Part shown: positions 12,557 through 26,518 of the stretch, in pieces | How the letters are laid out: each line of letters opens with the position of its first letter | Numbering within the stretch: the stretch's first letter is position 1 | Assembly: GCA_965655095.1 (NCBI GenBank) | Contig: OZ296659.1 | Coordinates: forward strand, 76,508,001-76,572,000 | From: Haplodiscus bocki | Lineage: Eukaryota | Direction of reading: 5' to 3' | DNA: 64,000 nucleotides | Made by a program: the position numbers and the translations under genes | The notes under the pieces: generated by a model | Databases searched by the model: none | What the model saw: only the letters and a program-made list of their open reading frames with translations | What the model was told of the DNA's origin: nothing

Positions 12557-15500
12557 TTAAACTAAAGATGAGTTGATCGTTGATAAAAAAAGAACAATTT
12601 GCTTGAAAAAAGCAGAAATATCATTATTGTCGTTCAAGCACAGATTTAAAATGTATCTGTTAAACCTATGAAGCATTCTATTTTGCTCTTGATCTATGCT
12701 AACGGGCCATAGAACAATTTCTCTAAACATGTTATACAATTTGACTGCTTTGAACTGGATTGAATTTTCTGTAAGCTTATTGGTTTTAGCATAGTGAAGC
12801 AAGGCTTTCTGTTGCCTTCTTGTTTTCATGTTATATGATGAGGACATGCATTTTTTGACAAAAATTCGAAAATTGAAAAGTAGGTAGTTGAGTAGCGCAG
12901 CCACGTACATCGCATAAACTGTTTGAATGCCTGATTCAGTAAACAAGTGACTACAGGACGCGTGAGAAGGAAGGTTATATATTATTCGCAACTTCTTTTG
13001 CAAGATCAAAAAAAGTCTCAATTGACTTTTCGAAGCTGAACCATACACTATTAAACCATATTCGATTATTGGTTTGATAAAACAATTATAGAACTGCAGT
13101 TTCAAGTCGCGCGTTAGTGTATATTTGCACTGGCGCAAAAAAACAATCAATTTACCTATTTTTTATAGACGTGCCAAACGTGGTTTTTGAAGGTCAAGTC
13201 AGAATCAATGAAGATTCCCAGATATTTAATACTGCTTCCTGTTTTCAGAAGTTTTTCGTTTATTCGAAGTGTATTCCTCAATGATTTTGTTCGACCGAAC
13301 TTTAGGTAAAATGCCTTTTCAAGATTTAGAGACAGTTTGTTGGCACTCAGCCACTTGCTGACTTGACGTAATTGCTTTTCAAGTGCTAGGAAAGGATTGT
13401 GTTGGTAAGATGTCAAAATGGACCAATCATCTGCAGAAAAGGCAATTTGCTAATTTTCATGTTGCATGTCCGTTATATCATTTATGTTTATGAGGAACAA
13501 CAAAGGACCCAACACAGATCCTTGTGATACTCCGACATTTAAGTCGAACTTCTGAAATTTTTTCATCAATATGTACAAATTGTTTTCTATTTTGTATGGA
13601 ACTCGCCAGCAGTTGGAGAAAAATTCCTCTGGCACCATAAGCTTCAAGTTTTTGAGCAAAATTCCGTGACTGACTGTACCGAATGCCTCCCTCAAATCCA
13701 AAAATGTGCAGATGGTTTCTTCACTTTTGGTGATTTTTGCCCGACTCGTCTCTGTTATATCAACCAGCGCATTCAATGTTGACTTTCTTTTTCGGAAACC
13801 ATATTGTTTAGAAATCAGCATATCACATTTTTCCCAGAAGTTCTCACGCCTCTTGACCACAATTTTTTCGAAATTACTCAACGATGATAACAATGAGATT
13901 GGACGGTAGTTTTTGGGGTTTTGCATGTCACCTGTTTTGAAGAGTGGCTTCATTCAATTTTCAGAATGTTTGGAAAATATCCTACTTGAATGCATCTATT
14001 AAAAATTACGGCTAGAAAGTCAGATATCACTGGTCCAGCAATTTTAAGATTGTCACTTAGGCCGTCTAGGCCAGACGAATTTGTGGTCTTGCAATTCCTA
14101 AATAAACTATAAACTTCATTTGCATCCGTTGGGTAAAGAAAAATGGTTTTGTCTATAAACTTGAGTATAATCATTTCTTCCAAATTGGAAAAATTTGAAC
14201 CTGAGACCAAACTCTGACCAATGTTTGCAAAATAATCGTTTAGACTATCAATATCTATCATCGTGCTTGTATCATTTGTTCCACTTGCAATCATCCTAAC
14301 AAATCTGAAAAAAAACCGTTCTTGTTTCTTGTCATCAGCTGCTCAAGAGAGTTTTTCGTAATTTACATGTTTTGCAAGCCGAATGTCTCTGGTACATAAT
14401 TTGCGTTGTTTCGAGTACTGCTGCCAAATTTTTTAATTTTGATTGTGCAAACAATTTTTGACATTTTTAAAAACAAATTCTTTCACATCTTGATTTCCAA
14501 TTTCCGAACGCACGTCTTTCCACCGGCTGTGGTGTAGTTTCAGGAAAAAACATATTTAATTGATTTTTCAAAAAACGTGCGAATTTATCAACTAGTTCAT
14601 CCTGACTCTTTTTATCAATTTTTGTAATCAATTTTTTTGTAGCTCGTGAAGTAGCTTAAACAGAAATCTGCAGCAGTAATCGTCATTTTTGAGAGCTTTA
14701 TTGAGATTACGAAAAGTTAATGCCTCCTTTTTTGCAGTTATCGTTCCGACAGTAAAAGTTTGATTCATGCAAAACCCCGAAATGACCTGAATTATCCGTT
14801 TTAAGCACCCGTGTAACTATATTGTGATCATTGGTGAGCACGTGGTCAATGCATGACTCGCTAAGAACAGTTACTCTTGTAGGTTGAGTAACCATTTGCT
14901 TGAATCCAAATGATGAAAACATTTAAATAGACTTTTGAAATTGCGTTTTGCTTCAATAAATCTATATTCATGTCATCTACAACCGCACATGGATGCAAGA
15001 CCTGATTCGCTTCCAACAGTTTTCCGAAATCCTGCAAAAAAATTCCCAACTATTGGAAGGTGAGTTATAGATCACTATCACCGAAAACTTCTGAGAACTT
15101 GGTAGGAAAAGATGAAACACCAAAATATCAGAACAGAAACTTTTATTTTTCACTTGTACTTGAATTTTTTGATCAACAAAAAGTGCCACTCCTCTAGCTT
15201 TCGTTTTATGGTTTGATGCGAACAATCCTTGATAGCCCGATATTTTGACAAATGATGTATCATCAGAGTGCAAAATTTCGCTCAGAGCAATAACAGATGG
15301 TGATAATTTGTTTTCCGAAAGATTTTCGACTAACAGGTTGCCGTTTCTTCTCAACGATCTTTCATTTTGACCGAAAACACAGAACTTCTTCATCGTTTTT
15401 AACAAACCAAGCATATCCATGAACTCAATGGCAGAATATTTTGTGCTCTCCAGAAGTTTTTTGCGGATTCGTAATTTCATTTTCCGGCGAAAGGTCAGTA

Positions 15501-16290
15501 GAACCACAATTGTTTTTTTGCCAGGTCTTCTGTTGTCCACTGTACTAATATTCCGTAGAGGGGGAGCAACATTCTACAGTTTTAGTAATTCCACTTTCGT
15601 GTGAATAGGACGAAAACTGACTCCACCTTCTTTTCTGGGGCATAAGACTTGTAGTTCACTATTATTGGTGACAGTTTTGATACTCATTTGTTTGGCATCA
15701 AGCTGTAGTTCCTGACATTTGTGGTGGCAAACGTTCCGAGAGATATACAGGATACCCCGTTTTGTTGACGATGCCCTTCAAACTCTTTTTCTATCGCCAA
15801 ATGAAATTCGTTTGCGCAAAATACACAAATTTAACAATTACATTGGACTGTTGGGGTTTTCCAAGATAATGACAAGCTTTTATACCACAAGGGGAAAGCT
15901 CAGATTGCAGATTGGAGTTGAATAATGAAAAAATTGTTCCAAGATCTCCATTTTGACATTCAGGGGGTTATTCACAATTTCAGTTTCCTTTGAATTATAC
16001 ATTTCAGTGTTTAACATTCGTTCTTTCAGTTCATGGAGCTCGTTCTGAACTACAGTCATGTCACTGCCATATCCTTTTTCAAAATTTGATACTTTTTCCT
16101 CAAGCTCTGTTATCCTGGCATCTTTTTCTTTTTGGTTGAAATCAACTAACATACTTTCGAGGACTTGGCAGATTCTTACCAGTACAGGTTCTGATTTGGC
16201 TTCTTGGATAATCTCTTGTAATTTAATGTCCATTTTTCCGCGATATTGTTGGATAAATAACAATTTTTCTTCAAAAATTGGTTTAAATTG
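12557..16290 (-). mobile_element. decayed near-full-length LINE (APE+RT, CR1/L2-group-like) in the OS-9 intron
   Basis: Coiled-coil ORF1 (15880-16263). APE motifs VIALSE, GVALFV, DMNIDLL, PTRVT...CIDH, SGHF. RT motifs NYRPISLLS, QYGFR, FLDL..AF.TV.H, GVSQGSVLGPLLFLI.IND, KYLGIFID. Many frameshifts. Confidence 0.92.
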
Positions 16291-17098
16291 AGAATCAGTA
16301 ATGCAATATTCAAGCGATTCAATGCAAAAAGATTGTCAGATTACGTAATAGTTCAAGTGAAAGCTTGTCGTGGCAACCCACTATTCTGTACTAAGCAAGC
16401 TGTTGGTACTATTTTGCTTTCGACATTTGTTAGAACAATTTTTTGACAAATTTTTTTGATTTCATTACAGTTTCAGTAGGACAGTAAAACAATTCTGGCA
16501 TTTGCCATAAAAGTCTTTTCGTTTGCCGTCAGAAAAACGGCATGGAACTGTATAAGGCATGTGTTTCCATCTCTGGAAATATGCGTTAAGCTTCAGCTTA
16601 ATGGCTGCAAGCTACCGAATAAATGAGTTTCATTTCAAAGTTTTCAGTTGATAGAAACAAGACTCAACGCGGCATGAATTCTAGATCACAGTCGAACTGT
16701 TTCGAGTCGTCACTGTCTGTAAACCAGGGTTTTCGACACCTTTTTCAACAAAATTGCGTTCGACAGCGGAAAAATCTATGATTGGATTTGCGGTAGTCTA
16801 ATATATATTGCCGAAAACATTCTCTTCTATTTCCAGACAACTGCTCAGGCATGAATGTTTGTTCGTACAATATTACGTATGATATGTTCTATTGAAAACT
16901 TGAACTATTGTCTTTTTTTTCCAGAAGCTTAGCGAAATCAAGATTATCAGTTTCGCGATCAGTAAAAAATTGTTTCAAAACCCTGATCGGAAGCAAAACG
17001 CTCAATTTAAGACAACTAATTAGACACTGCTAGTAGAATATTTAATAGGAAATACATAAATTACTGTAATTATTGGTAATAATTTGTAAATCTCTGAC

Positions 17099-17415
17099 CT
17101 TGAATGTATATCTGCATTAGTGATTTTCATAGTGACATTCGACGAGCCGTCATCGTTAATGTTTTTAGCTTGTGGGAGGTAGCAAATGAAAGATTGTCCC
17201 GTCCTGGACCTCGTGGTTAGGGTTTCGAGGCTGTTCTGGGCCGCCTGCTCCATAAAATCGATGGTTTTTGTGTCGTGGATATCTAAGATGGATAAAGTGT
17301 ACTTTTCGTGGAAGAATGAAGATAAAACTGAAGAACTTGCACACAGATAGAAATCAAATGCGAACGAGGTAAAGAAAGCTAGGTTAAGCATCGTTTGTAG
17401 ATTGCGGGCGCCCAT
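17099..17415 (-). CDS. OS9: OS-9 ER lectin, coding exon 1 (signal peptide + C-x-LP motif)
   Basis: Hydrophobic N-terminus and GQSFICYLP (compare OS-9 YECRLP). The GTCAG donor at 17098 is phase 2 and gives ...IHSR|LKAIDG...WWTYEFC when joined to 1453. Confidence 0.8.
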
Positions 17416-20400
17416 TTTGCGAACTGGAAAACAAAGCGTTCATGTATTATCTTTTTTGAAAATGTGAATATACAACAATAGAAATAAAGGCTATACAACG
17501 CATAGAAAAATTTGGGTCAGCGTCTCATTTCTCGAAAAGCTGCTATTAAAATGGTTTTCTTACGTTTCCAAAACCCGAATCCGTGAACACTATAAATACG
17601 CATATTTTCTCTACAGAAATGAAAAATAGGGGCATCACCAAAGCTTTCAGGTTAATTGCAGACTCAAAACGTTTCTCGGAGTAGTTGAAGTATCAATTTT
17701 TTGGAGTTCACAAAGTTCGTTTAACTGACAATAATTGTAAAAATTCACTTGTTCAATGTAAGAGAAACCAAACAAGAGTACAAAAACCAATTCAGCTTCT
17801 CTTCATTATTTGATCAAAAAAATGAAGCATACAAAAAATACAGCTGCCAAAAACCTGCCGCCAAAATTGAAATTCCATTTTTGTTTTTGCATTTACTTAG
17901 TCAAAAAATAGCGTGAAATTGAAATTTTGCATGAAAAAAGAAATAATTCAAAATAAGTGCAGATGTGAATTCTTTGCAAATACATGCAAACTAGTTTTTG
18001 TTTAGAAGCTGACGTGTCGTCGTTAGCGTGCTTCGGCCATCCTTACATTTATCATTCATGCGAACGCTTTAAATGTATGCTATGCTAAAAAGCACATAAA
18101 AAGAAGGCTTTACATTCCAGGGATATCAAGATAATGCTTTAATTTCCGCATGCAAGTTTTTTACGTAAATATTGAAATGGGATCTTTTCTGTTAACTCCC
18201 CACGCCATAATGGATATGCGAAATAATAAGCGGCGTAATGTGTGCGCGAGTGAATTTTAGAATATCAGAGGCGAGTTGTTTTCTGCGTGGGTGAGGTGGA
18301 GGAGGTTAAAATTTTTGTTACTACTGGTCGCGGGGGAGGGGGATGTTCACAAAAAACATCCTTAAAATGTTATGCACTCATCCCAGAGCATCAAAATATA
18401 ATGATAAGTACGCGAAAAGCAAGATTGGAATAGTTAAAACCCTATTCATGCGTGGGAGTATAATTTTTTTTGTGAGGGTGGAGAAGAGGTACACCAAAAC
18501 GGTCGATCTTAAAATAAAATAATTCGTCAATGTGCAATGCACATCAGGGCATAAATTTCTGGAACTGTCAAGACACCGGAATTTTGAAAAACCACCTGAA
18601 GAATGTTTTCTGAATTTCGGAAAGTACACGAGGCGCAGCAAAACTCTGATCTTTTGCGAAAACGCTGGTGCAAGAATTAAGAAGAGAAACTTGTTCAGTG
18701 ATAATCTTATTGCTGATTAAATTACTGACACAGGGGAAAGTCTCGAAATTAATTGAAAACAGGAAAGCTTAAAAGTTTTGCATTTTTTTTCTATGAATCA
18801 TTGGTGTATAATGCAACAGGATAGTGACCCCAAAGAACCCCAGGACGCCCCAAGTCTGCATTGCCCTCAATGCACACCGTATTAAACCGCGACGTTTTGC
18901 TTTCAGAAAATGTTCGCAAACGTACCGCAAAAACTTATCTCACAGGACTATCATACTCCATTAGACCATTTGGTACACTATACACAGCATGGAAGGTCTT
19001 TGGTTCATAATTTTTTCGGTATATTTTTTTGCTTGTGTAAAAGTGGGAAATTTGGTTCATTTCAAAAAGATACTGAAAACTAAGCCCTTTGGTGCATATT
19101 GGATATTTCATCCGGAATAGTTAATAGTTTGTGAAAAAAAAAACACTTCTATGAAAGCCTGCGGCAAAGTACTCCAGAATAACTCAAAAAGCTGCATTAA
19201 ATGATAAGAAATTAAGTAAAAACAAGAGGAAGCAGGCTAATTTTATGTTGAAACAGAAAAAATCAAGCGGAGGAAATCGACAAATTTCAGAATACTTGAA
19301 TCACTTAGCTATTTGGAAGTGAATGCAATTGCTCATATCTCACTCGGAAGTCGGCGAAAGTGGACAGAGACGTTCGTTCATTAGCTTAATCGAATTAAAA
19401 TGAACCCGCTGTGGCTGTTCAATTGTTCAACGGTCTATTGATCTGCTGCTTTCCGATTTGCGAGAAAAAAAGTAAAATTAATACTACTAATCTTTCGCTT
19501 CATCCTGAAAAAATAGAACAACGGACCTTAACTTAACGTTCAATTCCCAAAAGAAAACTGAAAATCCGGAAAGTCAATAGATGCCAAGATCGTCGACATG
19601 ATCGACACAAATCTGGAATTATGACACCAGCTGTTGCGCCGTTTTGTTCGAAGAACGTAGAACAAGCTGAGAACAGATCAAAGTGGGCGCTGCCCATCGG
19701 TCGGGTATGAAAATTTTGGTACACCATAGAGGTGTACCACCAAATGTGCCGAAAACTATCGTCTCATGATAGCGAAAAACTTGGCGAGTAGCCATTTTGG
19801 TGTTTTTGAATGTTTCTGTTAACGAAAAATTTTATGCATACGGGAGGATTTTACGATTTTTCTTTTTGTCTCAAATAACATAAAAATTCGTAGAAGTGAC
19901 CTTTTGGTGCCTGTGAGTACTTGCCCGTGCTTTTATAGACTGTACTTGCATGCTTTAAAATAGCGCGCCAGGGCAAATATAGGGAAAAAAGTAAACAATT
20001 CATTGTGATCTTAAAAAAGCAGTGAAAACAAAAGTCGACTTTTTTCTCAAAAAGCACCGACTAGAAATGAAGATCAAATAGTGAACCTTAATAAACAATA
20101 CATTTTTTGAGCTTGTACGGCTATGTCAAAGAGTTTCAGCTTGTCTCACTCCTCTATCATATGGTTTTGACACTTATTTCAAAGAAAAACAAAACCAGCA
20201 TTTTGGTCAAAAGAGTCTAGAAAACTTCAATAATCTGCATCTTGAAAGATCACGCCACTTTCATCAGATCTAGAGTTCTCAATTCGGTTGATTCATAGGT
20301 GAGATGGGATGACATCAGAGAAGTTTCACCGCCTTGTTCACGTGTCAGCTATGTTGAAAGCTACAAGTTAAAACTGTATCGCTTTTTTTTTCAGCAAGCT

Positions 20401-20619
20401 AAGTACAGACAAATACCTTTCAGCTGGTAACACTCAGCAATTTGATCTGTCCATCATGCTTTCTTGGGTCTCGCCATTTTACTTACACCCTTATGTTCAA
20501 GAAATGCGCTTATTGTTTGTGTATAGAACATGACAACAAATACCTGCCAAATAGTCTGTTGTTCGTTTTTTTTTCATACCAATGCTTGAAAAACTCCCTC
20601 TTGGAACGAAAATAAACAA

Positions 20620-21080
20620 GAAAGCCGGCCACCATCGTTACATTTTCCGCCCTATAGCTTTGCTGAAGAGACCTTTTAGAAGAATGGAAGCGTTTTTTTT
20701 TTACAAAATACTATCTTCAGCAAAATTTGAGAATTTTTCCAAATTTTTCTGATTTCTACAAACAACTTTCAATGTAGGTGGTAAAAAGACATTTTTAGGA
20801 AATAATATCATTTGATACGCATTCTACAGCAAATTTGTCACCTTCAAGGACTTTGAAAAAATTCAAGTTTCTTTGCGAAAAAAGAGCATCTATTTTTTCA
20901 AAAAAAACCCCAAATTTCGTACCTTTTAAGAAATCTTACTATTCTGTGGAAAAGTTTCTAAAAATTGGTGATTAAAAAAATCACAGACAGTACAGTCGGA
21001 CATTATCAATTGGACAACAGCGTAAAAAAACCGTTTGCGTTAAGTGTCGGATTTTCCACCCATATTATATATAAGTACTT
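20620..21080 (+). repeat. ~450-bp dispersed repeat, copy B
   Basis: Same conserved blocks and order as 1700-2165. Confidence 0.8.
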
Positions 21081-23044
21081 GCCAAAATCTCTAAAGAAGT
21101 TATCGGCCTCAAAAAAACTCGGAGACGTTGGTGTTCTAAAAACTTCAAAACACAGAGCGAAGCAGTGCTTCGAAACACTTGCACAAACCCAATACAAGAA
21201 ACGAACTCTATAATATTTCATTCGCATGATAATCCAAATAAAAATGATGACTCTCAAGTGACAATGGCGCAGTCAAAAGAGCATGTAACTGCGGCGCAAA
21301 AGTTCCTAGGTCCGAGCTCCTTTTCTCGCGGTCAACATCGCGAAATTTTACTAATTGTGAACGGATTGGAAATGGCAAAAGGCTGTCATAGAACACTTAC
21401 TTGCACGAGTGCAATACGCAGAGGCCAAGCAGCGCATCGCCAAGACTTCAGCGAATGTGAGAAACGGCATCGACTGCAGTGCCCAACGACAAAAACTTCA
21501 CGTCATTCTTCAACTCATGCAGAAAAGTTTAAAGAAAAACGATTTCACTGAAGGATAGAAAACTGCAAATGCAGTTGTTCAAACGCAATCCTAGCTACCA
21601 TTGCGCCAGTAGCATTAAGCATTCGGCAAAAGGCAATCCTTAGTCGCCCAAACAAAAATTGAGAAGACACTTTTTAATCTCAGTTCCAAACCAAAAGTCA
21701 AGATATCTCTCGGTAAAAGTATGAAACAGGACATACGAATTCGACACTTCCGCCAACAGGGTGGAGTAAATTCCTCTGGAGCCTCTCAGGCCAAGCGGAT
21801 AAGGGACACGTCGACAGTAATAGACTTGCTACGCTACGCAAATCTAAAAACCCGCAACATTCTAGCTAATTTCAGAAAACGTTAGCAGAACGGCAGCATC
21901 TCGACTAAAACAAATATTTTACTACGCTTCTACGAAAAATATCGACACTGAATTATAAGATGCAATATCATAGAGTCCAGTGGCATAACACATGAAAGCA
22001 ACCCAACTCAACCGGCAGTTTTTCAATGCAATGAATGAAGCAAAAATGCCAAACAAATATCATGGAATCGAGCCGCAGACGGACAACTTGTCTCTGGTTA
22101 ACCTTCTCATCTGCTAACAAAATGTCTGGAAGAAGCGACGATTACTAGTAAGCGTATGAATTTACTAGCTTGAATTTTACAACTCAACTGTTGGACGTTA
22201 AAAATGTAACATAAACGCTCTGGCATAAAAGGTCGACGATCTCAGTGTCTAAACTCCAGCCTAACATAAAATTATTTTTTTCATACCTGCGACTTTTATC
22301 AAGTCTTCAAACTGTTGGTAAGAAAACATAGTTGAAGGAATAAAATTCTTTGTTAAACTTTATAGTTGAAGTTAAAAAAACTTCATAGTTGATTTCTATT
22401 GCACTAATCCAACGAAGCATACACAGAAAGGGTTTGATTTTGTGCAAGTTGAATAAGGCACCAATTCTAAACGAACATAATTGCGAACCACAAAAATTTA
22501 TTTCTCTATCAATTAGATTTGAGAAGAAACTTTTTGAGTTTTCTGAATTCGGGAGCAATTATGGTCAAAGTTGAAGAGTGAACAAACTGAAAAGAAACAG
22601 CTACTAGAGATGAATGAAAAACGTTTATTTGAGATGTGAGCTTTTTAACTTTCCATCCAGTTGGAGACGAAACGAAATTTAGACTTCCTTCACGCTATAC
22701 AAGGGACCATGTAAAAAATGGAAAGCACTTTCGTAATTCCAGCTCCACTTCGACAGTAATTTTGCCCACCCATAAAAAAATGTTCCACGTCGGTGTCGCT
22801 AAAAAGCAAATGCTAAAAATGGTCAAACTTCCGGTTTGAAACGCCTTTGAATCTGGTTTTTTAGTGACCGATCAATTCTTGATTTTGATTATCAATTTCT
22901 CTAAACTATGATAAACTTATCAGAGAAACCCCAAAAGTACTCGAAATGAGATCCTCACTCCATGCACATGGTCTCATGTAATCGGTTTTGCTATAAACAC
23001 CTTACAATATTGATAAGCAGCAGTTTATGAATCAATAATTGGGG

Positions 23045-23466
23045 TCACGACCACTGACTTGTAGAATTTGAAGTGAAGGCGTAAAAAGACGTGAGAAAGT
23101 CTAAATGTTCTAGAAAGACATTAATCGCTTCATTGCGAGTCATGCCCGACCCGACCTGGATTCTTGTTGAGGTCGAGGTCGCCACTGAAGGGTCACCAGA
23201 CGTAGCAGAATCTCCAGCCTGATTGGCCAGTTCAGCTGGAGACTGGGACGAGGAGAAATCTGAATGTTGTATGGTGGAGGAAGAGGTTGAGGAGTTGTTC
23301 CTAGTTGAACTGGGGGACGGCTCAAAGGAAGCAGAGGAAAATTGACGGAGGGCTTTCTCAGTTAGTTTGAAGTCATATAAAGCCTCCAGTTTGCGGGCTT
23401 CGATAGAGGGGTCTGCATCCCAATCAACGGGTATCGCAGGACTGTTGTTTTGAGAAGATACTACAC
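23045..23466 (-). CDS. predicted exon 2 of the RING-finger gene (Ser-rich C-terminal half)
   Basis: Polypyrimidine TTTTTGTTTTAG acceptor ending at 23467. Phase 1 matches the donor at 24288, and the frame is open to the stop at 23045. Confidence 0.55.
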
Positions 23467-23900
23467 CTAAAACAAAAAACACCGAAATTTTGTGAGAATT
23501 ATTGACCATTTTGAAGTCGATTTTGAATACGCTAATACAAAAATTTTCGTGATACCCCCTTTGACGAGCAAATACCAATTTTTTTCAAGTTCTTAGCTTC
23601 CCACGTAGTGCATAAGGTACTGAAAATCACCACTAGAGAAAAAAATTTGCACAAAAAACTTTGGACGAAGAATCTTGATATTGCATTTGACAATTTTTTT
23701 GAAATTCCGAAAATTTTCTAACAGCAAAATCAACTCCGTCTATTTTGAGCTATACGGGCGGTACCGACTTCTGCCATTCCCAGCTTGTTAGTATATAAAA
23801 TTTAGTCAATACTTGTTGTCAATACTGGCACCGGCATATTTATCGCCCAATATAAATCAAATCTATCAACCTTTAAATGAGAAATTTGTTTCGAACTTTT

Positions 23901-23981
23901 AGTGCAATGGTCTAGTTGTAATGGCTAAAGTCTCCGGAATCGAAGATTGGCGGTTAGAATCCCTCTTTGCTCCATTTTTTT
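23901..23981 (+). pseudogene. tRNA-like pseudogene/SINE head followed by an oligo-T tract
   Basis: A-box-like TGGTCTAGTTG, B-box-like GGTTAGAATCC and a partial acceptor stem (GCAA/TTGC), followed by a T7 Pol III terminator-like run. The anticodon arm pairs poorly. Confidence 0.5.
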
Positions 23982-24288
23982 CTAGCATCAAAATTGGCAA
24001 AATTTGTTCCTCCATATTCCAAAATAAGGGGCTAAAAATAGCAAAACTACCTTATTGAGATCTAGCGCCTCCTTTGAAAAAAATGTTGGTTTGGTTTTTC
24101 AAAAAAAGTGCATCTTAATCGAGAAATTGCACTTCGTTCGATTTTTCTTAATTTCAGCATCTAAACGACTCTTGTAAAACTCTTGAAAACAGCCACTTCA
24201 TAAGCCTCTTCAGTTGTAGATTCTAAAGAGCAGCTGGATGTAACGAATTAGAAGACTACTTCAAATGCAGCATTGCACTTCACCTAAC

Positions 24289-24979
24289 CTGCATCAATGA
24301 AGGCCTGAATCAACTTCTGTACACTTTCATTACAAGTTACGTGGCTAATCTTCCTGTCACAGCGGCCACATAAAATTTTGTATAAGGCCAACTTCTTCGA
24401 GCTGCTCTGAACCAACAATCTATCGATACAACTAAAACAAGCTAAGTGGTTGCAGGGCTTCAACACAAACGGTCTCCTCCCATTAATTACCATCGAATAT
24501 GGCATCTTGCACATTGCACAAGACAGAGCACTCTCAACAAACAGGTCTACGTTGAATTCTTTGTCAGATGTTGGCTTCGCGGAGTCTCCGCTGGGCCCGA
24601 GGTCCTGAGAAGTTGCTGATATTTTCCTCGATTTGCGTTCGCAATCTATTCCTGCGTGAACAACATCCGCAGGTAACGAATCTGTCAAAACATCTTGCTG
24701 TTGCTGTAAACTACAATTCACATTTGTATTAGTCATTATTACGCCATCGCTTGATGACTCCAAGTTTGATGCCTCAGTTCCATTTAAGGCCAATGCGTTC
24801 TCTTCGTTAGACATCACCTGAACACTGAGAGGAATCCTGTCAGGAATAGCAGGAGAAACAGGTATCGAGTTCGCTGTGGGGGCCAATAGTAGTTCGTCTG
24901 AGATAGAATCGGGTACAGACTGGGTTAGGCTGCGATTGGACCTCACGGAGCGTTTTCGTTTCCGCGTCATCGGAGGCAT
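24289..24979 (-). CDS. nuclear C3HC4 RING-finger protein (putative E3 ubiquitin ligase), exon 1
   Basis: ATG at 24979 with an NLS-like RKRKR. RING-HC motif CAMC...PCNHLACFSC...CGRC in an uninterrupted frame. Candidate donor CAG|GTTAG at 24289/24288. Confidence 0.8.
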
Positions 24980-26480
24980 TGCGAACAAGGAAATCAAGAA
25001 AGACGAAGAGTTGCTGATTGTCAGACAAAAAGGTCTCGACTCCTCTGACAGCAATTAATCTGAAAATCACCTTCTTCTGAACATACAGCACTGGTTTTGA
25101 TTAAGTGAACTCCAGAGCAAAAATTAGGCAAATGTGGAGGCTAGTTACTCAAAGCATGAACTTTACCAGAAAACAGCAAGAGCAAAAGTTTCTTAGATTT
25201 TTCATAAGGTTTCATTAGTGTTTTTTTGTTTTGAAAACGAACCACTCGCAGAAAAGTTATGACTACCCTGATTTTGGCCAAGTTTGAGGTCTTCTCAGAA
25301 ATATCAGCAGCTACAAAAGACAAATTTTCCGAAACAATTATTTAGCTTTGAATCTGGCCAAAAAAAATTCCAAGAAAAATTATTACTTTGAAAAGTTCAC
25401 GCCTATAGGGCGAAAGCAATGCTGCACATTGATAGGATAATTTAAATTACACTTCACAGGATACTATAAATTTCTATCTTTTTCATTTGAATACTTTGAA
25501 GTATATTCCTTATAGGAATCCCTTTTCTAAAAAGAGCATACTTTGAAGTTCGAAAAGCTAGATTTTGAATTCTGCGAGATGACAAAAGTCCATTTTTTCA
25601 GACGATCCAGAAGGACAGTTTTGAACATCCACACTCAGGAACATTCCGAGACGACCTTCTTCATCAGAGCAAATATCGTTGAGAGTCATTAAAATAAACA
25701 TTTCCTGATCAATTTTAGTTATAAATTTCACTTCATCTTTAAGGTTGAATATGTCAAAAAGTGTAGAGTTTCTTTTAAAATACACTATCCTTTTTATTGC
25801 AAAAAGTATTTTGAAAAAGAAAAAAACTTACAATATTGAAGCGAAGTGAAATCGCTACACCCAAGCTTAATACACATAAATCGCAATTGCGGCACCTAAA
25901 ACAGTGAATTCTTTAGGGCTTTCACTTCAAAATTTTTTCTCCAAAAGAGGAATACCATACCATCGGAGCCTTCAGTGTGAATGTAATTAGTTGAAGAGAA
26001 TGTTGTTTTAACACAGAGGCGAAGCTCCGCTTCGCAAGACTTGCTCCGACGGAATATTAGTGAACAAAGCGAATACGAACCGCTGATTATAGAAGGAGCC
26101 ACGGTACTGTGAAAACTACTGATTATACAGTTGAAGAAATTTAATCAACTCAGTAAATTCTCATAAACTTTCATACAAGTGCAACAAGTACGAATGGCTA
26201 TAGCAGTTATTTCGCTTTGAATTTAAAACAAGCTCGCTCGCTGTAAAATAGCCCTCGTGAACAGATTGTTGTAATTACGGGAGAGCGCATAAACAAATTT
26301 TTGCATGGAAGCGCGAGCGAATGAACAAAATCTAGGCAACGTTAGCATCTAGGCAGAAACGCGAGTAGTGAACGGACCGGAAAAAAATCATTCTGTGAGA
26401 AAACACTTGCTTGTGCAAGTGTAACGACTGGAAAAAGTGACAAATTTGTGAATTATGTCCAAAAATGGGGTCTCAAACTT

Positions 26481-26483
<3 letters not shown>

Positions 26484-26515
<32 letters not shown>
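26484..26515. repeat. (GA)16 microsatellite = (TC)n 3' tail of the adjacent LINE
   Basis: Perfect GA dinucleotide run immediately 3' of the minus-strand LINE. Confidence 0.9.

Positions 26516-26518
<3 letters not shown>

Noticed and set aside
23901-23981. Functional tRNA gene
   Set aside because: Mismatches in the acceptor and T stems, TTA instead of TTC in the T loop, and an unpaired anticodon stem.
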